Of a DNA stretch of 64,000 nucleotides, positions 57,898 to 64,000 are shown piece after piece. The notes beneath the pieces are model-generated. The model made no database searches. It saw only the letters and a list, made by a program, of their open reading frames with translations, and was not told where the DNA came from. This DNA comes from Thermoanaerobaculia bacterium (GTDB lineage Bacteria > Acidobacteriota > Thermoanaerobaculia > Multivoradales > Multivoraceae). The stretch covers positions 4,096,001-4,160,000 of the forward strand of contig OY762911.1 in assembly GCA_963666565.1 (NCBI GenBank), given 5' to 3'. Position 1 is the stretch's first letter. Each line of letters starts with the position of its first letter. A program made the position numbers and the translations under genes.

Positions 57898-59331
57898 ATG
57901 TGGCTCCGGGAACACGCGCTGATCCTCGTCCTGTTCGCCCTCTACACGGGCGTCCTGGTCCATCACGCGCTGATCGGGCAGCGACGCACCCGCGACCTGG
58001 CCGACTTCCTGGTCGGCGGCCGCTCGCTCGGCGGCGTCATCCTGGGCGTCTCCTTCTTCGCCACCTACGCCAGCACGAACAGCTTCATCGGCTTCGCCGG
58101 CAGGGCCTACGCCTCCGGCATCGCCTGGCTGCTGATCGTCCCGACCGCGGTCGTCCTGTCGTTCGTCGCCTGGGCATGGCTGGCGCCGAGGCTCCGCGGC
58201 GTCACCGAGATCCTGGGCTCGGTGACCATCCCGGACTACATCGGCTTCCGCTTCAACAGCCAGGCGGCCCGCTTCGCCGCGGCCCTGATCGTCATCTTCT
58301 CCAGCTTCCTCTACATGACGGCCGTGTTCAAGGGCATCGGCTCGCTGCTCGTCGAGCTGCTCGACCTGAGCTACGGCCTGTCGCTGTTCGTCGTCGTCCT
58401 CATCGTCTGCCTTTACACGATGGTCGGCGGCTTCCACTCCGTGGCGCGCACCGACTTCGTCCAGGGCATGCTGATGACGCTCGCGGCCGTGCTCATGTTC
58501 TTCGCGATCACGCGCGCCGCGGGCGGCATCGGCCGGCTCGCCGACCTGGCGCAGGTCGGCGACGGCGCCCTCGCCCGCTGGGACACCGCGCAGCCGCTCG
58601 GGATGCTGATCGGCGTGGTCTTCGCCTCCACCGTCAAGCTGATCGTCGAGCCGCGGCAGCTCTCCCGCTTCTACGCCCTGGAGACCGAGGGAGCGGCGAG
58701 AAGCGGCCTCGTCGTTTCGACCTTGAGCTTCCTCGTCGTGTTCAGCCTGCTGGCGCCGCTCGGCCTTTACGCCCACTTCGTCGTCGGACAGGGCGTAGCC
58801 GACACGGACCAGGTCATCCCGATGATGCTGAGCGATCCGGCCATCTTCCACCCGGCGATCCAGGCGTTCCTGTTCCTGGCCCTCGTCTCCGCCGCCATGT
58901 CCTCGCTCGACAGCGTCCTCCTCGTGATGGCCTCGACCTTCCAGCGCGACCTGCTCGGCCTCTTCGTCCCGGCCGACGACCGCCACGCGGTCCGCAACAC
59001 CCGCGTGTGCGTCGTACTGTTCGCGGCGATCACCGCGATCCTCGCCATCGACCCGCCCGGCGGCATCGTCGAACTGACGTCGTTCTCGGGCGCCCTCTAC
59101 GCCGCCTGCTTCCTGCCCTCGCTTGCCCTGGGCCTCACCTGGCGCCGAGGCAACGGCGCGGCGGCGCTCTGGTCCTTCGCCGCCGGCGGCGCGACGCTGG
59201 GGCTGTGGATGCTGCTCGACATCCAGGGCATGCACGCGGTCTTCCCGGCGATGGCGATCTCGTTCGCCGCCTACTGCATCGCCGCCTGGCTGGCGCCCGA
59301 GGCGAAGGCGGCGAAGGGGTTGTTCGGGTAG
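57898..59331 (+). CDS. Sodium:solute symporter family protein
   Basis: DFLVGGRS, STNSFIGFAG.AY, YT..GG..SV..TD.VQ and SAAMSSLDS. Confidence 0.9.
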   Translation: MWLREHALILVLFALYTGVLVHHALIGQRRTRDLADFLVGGRSLGGVILGVSFFATYASTNSFIGFAGRAYASGIAWLLIVPTAVVLSFVAWAWLAPRLRGVTEILGSVTIPDYIGFRFNSQAARFAAALIVIFSSFLYMTAVFKGIGSLLVELLDLSYGLSLFVVVLIVCLYTMVGGFHSVARTDFVQGMLMTLAAVLMFFAITRAAGGIGRLADLAQVGDGALARWDTAQPLGMLIGVVFASTVKLIVEPRQLSRFYALETEGAARSGLVVSTLSFLVVFSLLAPLGLYAHFVVGQGVADTDQVIPMMLSDPAIFHPAIQAFLFLALVSAAMSSLDSVLLVMASTFQRDLLGLFVPADDRHAVRNTRVCVVLFAAITAILAIDPPGGIVELTSFSGALYAACFLPSLALGLTWRRGNGAAALWSFAAGGATLGLWMLLDIQGMHAVFPAMAISFAAYCIAAWLAPEAKAAKGLFG

Positions 59332-59436
59332 CGGCGGTAGCGGACTCGCTTCTCGTCTCAATCTCCGAACGAGGGACGTCCCTCGCGGTCATCGGTGTAA
59401 ACTAGTCGAACCAGTTTTCTCACTCAGGAGTTCAGC

Positions 59437-59682
59437 ATGCGGATCGTCGGCGCCTTTGAAGCCAAGACCCACCTCTCCAGCCTCCTCGATGCTGCCGAGA
59501 ACGGTGAGGTCATAACGATCACCAAGAGAGGACGGCCGGTCGCACGGCTCATGCCTCCCGCGCCCGTGGATCGAGTGAAGGCCAAACGGGCCGTGCGGAA
59601 CATCCGGGCACTGCGCCGGAAGATCGGCTGGTCCGGAACCGTCGACGAGATCCTTGCTCTTCGCGACGCCGGACGCCGATGA
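59437..59682 (+). CDS. Phd/YefM family antitoxin
   Basis: VGAFEAKTHLSSLL..AENGE.ITITKRGRPVARL. Confidence 0.9.
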   Translation: MRIVGAFEAKTHLSSLLDAAENGEVITITKRGRPVARLMPPAPVDRVKAKRAVRNIRALRRKIGWSGTVDEILALRDAGRR

Positions 59683-60083
59683 GCGCTCCGGTGCTCGACT
59701 GCTCGGTCGCCTGCGCCTGGCTACTTGGCGACGAGAGCGTGCCCGGCGCCGACCGGATCCTCGAACAGGCCGCGAACCACGGCGCATCGGCACCCGGCCT
59801 GTTCTGGGCGGAACTGCGCAACGCCCTTGTCATGGCGGAGCGCCGATGTCGACTCGCTCCCACGCAGACGACGTCAGCGCTGGCCGAGATCGAGCACCTC
59901 GACATTGAGTTGGACGGGGAGCCCGATGAGGAGACGACGCTGCGCCTGGCCCGCGAGCACCGGTTGACCGTGTACGACGCGCTGTACCTGGAACTGGCAA
60001 TCCGTCAGAAACGAGAGCTCGCCACTTTTGACACGGCACTTCAACGGGCCGCGGAGTCCGAGGGCGTCACAGTATGCCGTTGA
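59679..60083 (+). CDS. vapC: VapC-family PIN toxin
   Basis: VLDCS, E..NAL, TVYDALYLELA and LATFD; ATGA overlap with the antitoxin. Confidence 0.88.
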   Translation: MSAPVLDCSVACAWLLGDESVPGADRILEQAANHGASAPGLFWAELRNALVMAERRCRLAPTQTTSALAEIEHLDIELDGEPDEETTLRLAREHRLTVYDALYLELAIRQKRELATFDTALQRAAESEGVTVCR

Positions 60084-60211
60084 GATTGAGGCGATGAAGG
60101 ACGGCCGAGACCGTCGCAGAAGCCGGGCCACCGCGGCTCGGTTGGTGGTCATCGCCGCCGCAGCCTGATTGTCCAGTCGACCAACTTCCCCAGAAAGACC
60201 GAGAGTTCGAA

Positions 60212-61054
60212 GTGCCGGCGTCGCCCTTCCGCGTACTTCCCTCCGAACTCGTCGCGAACCTGGAAGGTGCCCCGTACCGATACGCGTCCACGATGGCGGG
60301 CATTCCCCACTACTACACGCTGCGAAAGCAGTGGAAAGACGACGAGCAGTTCCTCCGAACCGTGGCGGAGATGCGGAAGCACGAAGTCGTGCGGCCGTTC
60401 TACAAGAGGAAGCAACGCTACTTGGACGTCAACGGCTTCCAGTACTGGACGATGGATGCGAAGGTGCGCGAGACCACGCTGATCAACCGCCAGTACTGCT
60501 GGCATGGTGCCTACTGGTCCGGGTACGACGCGGCCGCGCAAGGCTACGACTCGCCGTGGGGCGGCGAGTGGGCGCTGCAGAAGGCACGTGAAACGCACTA
60601 CGAACTCGCCCAGCCCCGGGGCTGCGTGCTCGACATCGGGTGCGGCACCGGTCTTTTCGTCGACTATCGCTACCAGGACATCGATCGCGAGAAGTACGTC
60701 GGGATCGATCCGAGCTTCGGCATGCTGGCCAAGTTCAGACTGAAGCACCCGGACTACGACGCGCACGCGACACTGCTGCGCACCACCTTCGAGGACTACG
60801 AGACCACCGTGCGGTTCGACACGATCGTCGCCCTGTTCGGCGCCGGGTCCTACGTCACCGGCACGGATGTCGTGGCCAAGACGCAGCGCCTGCTCGCGCC
60901 CGGAGGCTGGGCGATCCTGACCTTCTACCGTGACGCCGCCGGCTTCTACGAAGGCTCAGGTCTCGGCAAGACGCCTGAACTGGCTTCGGTCCCCGCCGCC
61001 ACCTCGAAACACGGCGAGTTCCACGTCCTGGAACTCACCGCCGCCGCCGACTGA
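60212..61054 (+). CDS. Class I SAM methyltransferase with an uncharacterised N-terminal domain
   Basis: VLDIGCGTG, GIDPS.GML and FDTIVALFG; N-terminal TM..IPHYY..YWTM..LINR domain. Confidence 0.75.
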   Translation: MPASPFRVLPSELVANLEGAPYRYASTMAGIPHYYTLRKQWKDDEQFLRTVAEMRKHEVVRPFYKRKQRYLDVNGFQYWTMDAKVRETTLINRQYCWHGAYWSGYDAAAQGYDSPWGGEWALQKARETHYELAQPRGCVLDIGCGTGLFVDYRYQDIDREKYVGIDPSFGMLAKFRLKHPDYDAHATLLRTTFEDYETTVRFDTIVALFGAGSYVTGTDVVAKTQRLLAPGGWAILTFYRDAAGFYEGSGLGKTPELASVPAATSKHGEFHVLELTAAAD

Positions 61055-61267
61055 CTTCCGGTAATCCCCGACAGCCCCTCCAGCCCTGGGAAGCGGGGCG
61101 CGTTGCCCGCACCCGGCCACGAAGGTCGGAACTTCGGGATCGCCCTGCCCGAGCTGCTCCGTCCGGGCGACCGGGTCGCCGGGCGCCGCGGCGGTCGACG
61201 TTTCCGGGGCCGCCGGTTCGCGGGCGGCTGACACCGGCCGAGCACCCGCAGCTACACTCTACGCCGC

Positions 61268-62341
61268 ATGTCGAACGACGGGTCCTTGCTGGCCTATCTG
61301 TCTTCCCGCTTCCCGGGGAAGACAGAAGACACCGCCGTCGAGGCGCTCGGCTACATCCTGTCGACATCTGAGGCTGCCAGGGCTGGACTCCTGGGCCTCC
61401 TCCGATCGAGCGGAGCGAACGTGAAGGGGATCAGTCGAGTCGACACCCAGGTTGCCGGCGACGAGGGAGAGCGACCGGACCTTGTCGGCTGGGACAACGA
61501 GGGTGACGAACGCCTCCTGATCGAAGCCAAGTTCTGGGCTGGCCTGACGGACAACCAGCCGAACGCCTACTTGAAGCGTTTGCGTCCGGGCGGAGTTCTG
61601 CTGTTCGTGGCGCCAGAGGCGCGACTCGACGCTCTCTGGCCGGAATTGGAGCGGTTGGCGAAGCAGGGGTACGAGTGGACAGCCGACGCCGAGAGTTCGA
61701 GAACGGCGGACGTCGACGGGCGGCACCTGGTTTTGACGTCCTGGAGGACGTTGCTGGAGGCGGCGAAACACCGCGCCGTGGCCGCTGGTGACACCGCCGC
61801 GGTCGACAGCATTCGGCAGTTGAACGGGCTCTGCGAGCGAGAGGACGAATCCGCGTTCGTGCCGCTCAGGCCCGGCGAGTTGGGCCCCGACCTGCCGCGG
61901 CGCCTGATGAACCTCCAGACGATCATCGATCGGTGCTTCGCCAAGGCCGAAGCAAAGGGACTCGCTAGACCGACCGGGAAGGCCGCCAGTCCGAAACAGG
62001 ACGGCTACGGACGCTGGCTTGAACTGGGAGTCCAAGACGATGGTACCTGGGTGAATGGCAAACCTGCGGGTGCTCGTCTCTGCGTACACTACCCAGCATG
62101 GTCCCAGTACCGGGAAACGCCCATCTGGTTGGAACTGGCTGACCGTCAGCCCGATTGGGACGTGCTCCCCCTGAAGAAAGTCCGAAAACGCCTTCGGGGC
62201 GACATCGTGGTCGGTAGGGACGGAACGGACTTCGTTCCGATCCACCTATCCACCGGCGTCGAACTCGACCACGTCGTGGACTCGGTCGTCGCCCAACTCC
62301 GCGACCTCGCGCACCGGATCGCCGGCGTAGCGCCGGACTGA
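61268..62341 (+). CDS. PD-(D/E)XK nuclease-like protein
   Basis: ED.A.EAL, RPDLVG...IEAKF.AGLT..QP..Y motif. Confidence 0.65.
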   Translation: MSNDGSLLAYLSSRFPGKTEDTAVEALGYILSTSEAARAGLLGLLRSSGANVKGISRVDTQVAGDEGERPDLVGWDNEGDERLLIEAKFWAGLTDNQPNAYLKRLRPGGVLLFVAPEARLDALWPELERLAKQGYEWTADAESSRTADVDGRHLVLTSWRTLLEAAKHRAVAAGDTAAVDSIRQLNGLCEREDESAFVPLRPGELGPDLPRRLMNLQTIIDRCFAKAEAKGLARPTGKAASPKQDGYGRWLELGVQDDGTWVNGKPAGARLCVHYPAWSQYRETPIWLELADRQPDWDVLPLKKVRKRLRGDIVVGRDGTDFVPIHLSTGVELDHVVDSVVAQLRDLAHRIAGVAPD

Positions 62342-62369
62342 ATCGGCGGTGCCCGCCTCGCGAAACGGC

Positions 62370-62978
62370 TCAGTCCGGGGCTTCGGAGGGTCCGAATTTC
62401 CGTTCGACCGCCGCCCAGAGAGCGTCGATGTCCAGTTCGACGTCAGCCACTGCGGAGGACCTCCAGATTCCGCCGTCCGGCACATGGACCACAAAGTGCC
62501 CGCCGTCGTTCACCAGCAACTCGACCGTTCGCGCCGCAGGATCGACCAGCCAGTACTCCCTCACGCCCGCCTCGGCATAGCGGTTCAGCTTGAGCACGCG
62601 GTCCATGCGCGCCGTGCTCGGGGACAGCACCTCGACCACCAGATCCGGCGCGCCCTCGATCCAGTCCTGGAGAATCTCCCGCCTGTCCGGGGAGACATAG
62701 AGAACGTCGGGCTGCACGACGGTGTGATCCGCGAGATGGACGTCCATCGGGGCTACGAGGGCTTCACCACCTCGTTCCTCGGCTACGACCTGCAGCAGTT
62801 GCCAGAAGTGCGTGACCAGGAATTGATGAACTCGGCGTGGACTCGGACTCACGTAGAACCTGCCATGGAGCAACTCGCAGCGGGGATCGTCGGGAAGCGC
62901 GGCGTAGTCCGCCCGACGATAGGGGCCCGGCTCGCTTGGAACCGTCGGCGGCGGCTGATCGAACAGCGTCACGGACAT
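62370..62978 (-). CDS. Uma2 family endonuclease
   Basis: EL.HG...SPSP...HQ, VQPD, GAPDLVVEVLSPST and K...Y...GV.EYWLVDP. Confidence 0.92.
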   Translation of the reverse strand: MSVTLFDQPPPTVPSEPGPYRRADYAALPDDPRCELLHGRFYVSPSPRRVHQFLVTHFWQLLQVVAEERGGEALVAPMDVHLADHTVVQPDVLYVSPDRREILQDWIEGAPDLVVEVLSPSTARMDRVLKLNRYAEAGVREYWLVDPAARTVELLVNDGGHFVVHVPDGGIWRSSAVADVELDIDALWAAVERKFGPSEAPD

Positions 62979-63034
62979 GCACTGGAGTATACGGAGTGGC
63001 CGGAGACGCCGTCCAAGCAACCGGTTGCCCGCTG

Positions 63035-63361
63035 GCTCGCACGGGACCGGGCCGTCGGGGCGGTCCCGGCCTTCGGCCGGCACGAGTTTCCGGCCGCCTT
63101 CGGCGGCAGCGGACCAGAAGGTCCGCGCACCCGGAGAGCCACCCCGGCGGGAGCGCGACTCTGTTCTGCAACCGCCACGGCGTCACTGCGAGCGACGTGC
63201 TTGCGAGCAGAGACTCCCCCTCCGGGCAAGCGCGTGCTCCGGGTGCGCGGACCTTCTGGTCCGCTTCCGGGAAACACCGCGCCGCGAAGCGGCGACCGCC
63301 TGGATCGGCGCCCCTGTACGGAAACGCAGTTCCCTGAGCGACAGCCGCGCGGACGACGCTG
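63035..63361. repeat. Composite family-2 REP element, internal cassette in orientation B (inverted)
   Basis: REPs at 63109-63132 and 63241-63264 around a 108-bp spacer that is homologous to the reverse complement of the 25746-25851 spacer. Confidence 0.85.
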
Positions 63362-63379
63362 GCGCGTTGACCGGCCGAT

Positions 63380-64000
63380 CTACCGGCGCCGGTTCTTCTT
63401 CGCCTGCTGGACCGACTTGTAGAACGCGCCCAACTTCCGCTCCGCGGCGCGGCGGGAGGCTTCGTCGCGGCGCTGTTCCAACCGGCGCTGTTCTTCGCGG
63501 AGATCGTCGTAGTTGCGCAGGCGCGCCGGGTCGAGCGAGCCGTTCCGGATCGCCGCCCGAACGGCGCAGCCGGGCTCGCTGCCGTGGCCGCAGTCGCGGA
63601 AGCGGCATTCGCGCGCCAGATCCTCGATGTCGTCGAAGGTCTCTTCCAGGCTGCCCTCGTCGTCGGCCCAGAGCTGGAGCTCGCGGATTCCGGGGTTGTC
63701 GATCAGGAGACCGCCGCCCGGCAACTGAACCAGTCGCCGATGGGTCGTCGTGTGGCGGCCGCGGTCGTCGCTTTCCCTCACCGGGGCGGTACGCATCACG
63801 ATCTCGCCGCAGAGCGCGTTGAGCAGGGTCGACTTGCCCGCGCCCGACGAGCCGATCATGGCCACGGTCCTGCCGGCCGCCAAGTGAGCCGCCAGCGGCG
63901 CCAGGTTCCCGAGCGGCGTAGCCGGTGTCGAGCCGGACCTCGTCTTCTCGCCCGCCAGGGCGTTGATGGCAACGACCGTCGTTCCCGGCGCCGCGTGCTC
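63380..64000 (-). CDS. rsgA: Ribosome small subunit-dependent GTPase A, 5' truncated by window edge
   Basis: GSSGAGKST, GRHTTT, DNPGIRE and zinc finger CRFRDC.H..EPGC. Confidence 0.93.
   Translation of the reverse strand, partial: EHAAPGTTVVAINALAGEKTRSGSTPATPLGNLAPLAAHLAAGRTVAMIGSSGAGKSTLLNALCGEIVMRTAPVRESDDRGRHTTTHRRLVQLPGGGLLIDNPGIRELQLWADDEGSLEETFDDIEDLARECRFRDCGHGSEPGCAVRAAIRNGSLDPARLRNYDDLREEQRRLEQRRDEASRRAAERKLGAFYKSVQQAKKNRRR

Overview
GC-rich (roughly 70%) bacterial chromosomal window with about 55 genes. An Acidobacterial-type VWA protein, a tricorn protease, sulfatases and many toxin-antitoxin/Uma2 genes suggest an Acidobacteriota-like, possibly host-associated, organism (inference only). 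Housekeeping and catabolic genes (lon, fabH, rsgA, PPK2, BVMO, CoA-transferase, sulfatases) alternate with small accessory patches: TA modules, a Schlafen/AlbA_2 ATPase-TPR protein, an ABC-ATPase + TOPRIM-like pair, a decayed ISL3, a truncated type ISP-like R-M gene and PD-(D/E)XK nucleases. No rRNA, tRNA or CRISPR array was seen. Highlights: (1) a REP/REPIN-like hairpin family, one composite form of which occurs in three states (internal cassette forward, inverted, or precisely absent) and is a circular permutation of another form; (2) a cluster of two PYROXD2/phytoene-desaturase-like flavoproteins, an IclR-HTH/GcvT fusion, a TonB receptor, a Rieske oxygenase and an SSS transporter that looks like an uncharacterised methylated-amine demethylation system; (3) an ArsC-like UxxC selenoprotein missed by the ORF track, with a SECIS-like hairpin; (4) frequent leaderless TANNNT-N6/7-start promoters; (5) short bridge ORFs coupled to both neighbours. 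All family assignments come from motif recognition by eye; no database search was run.
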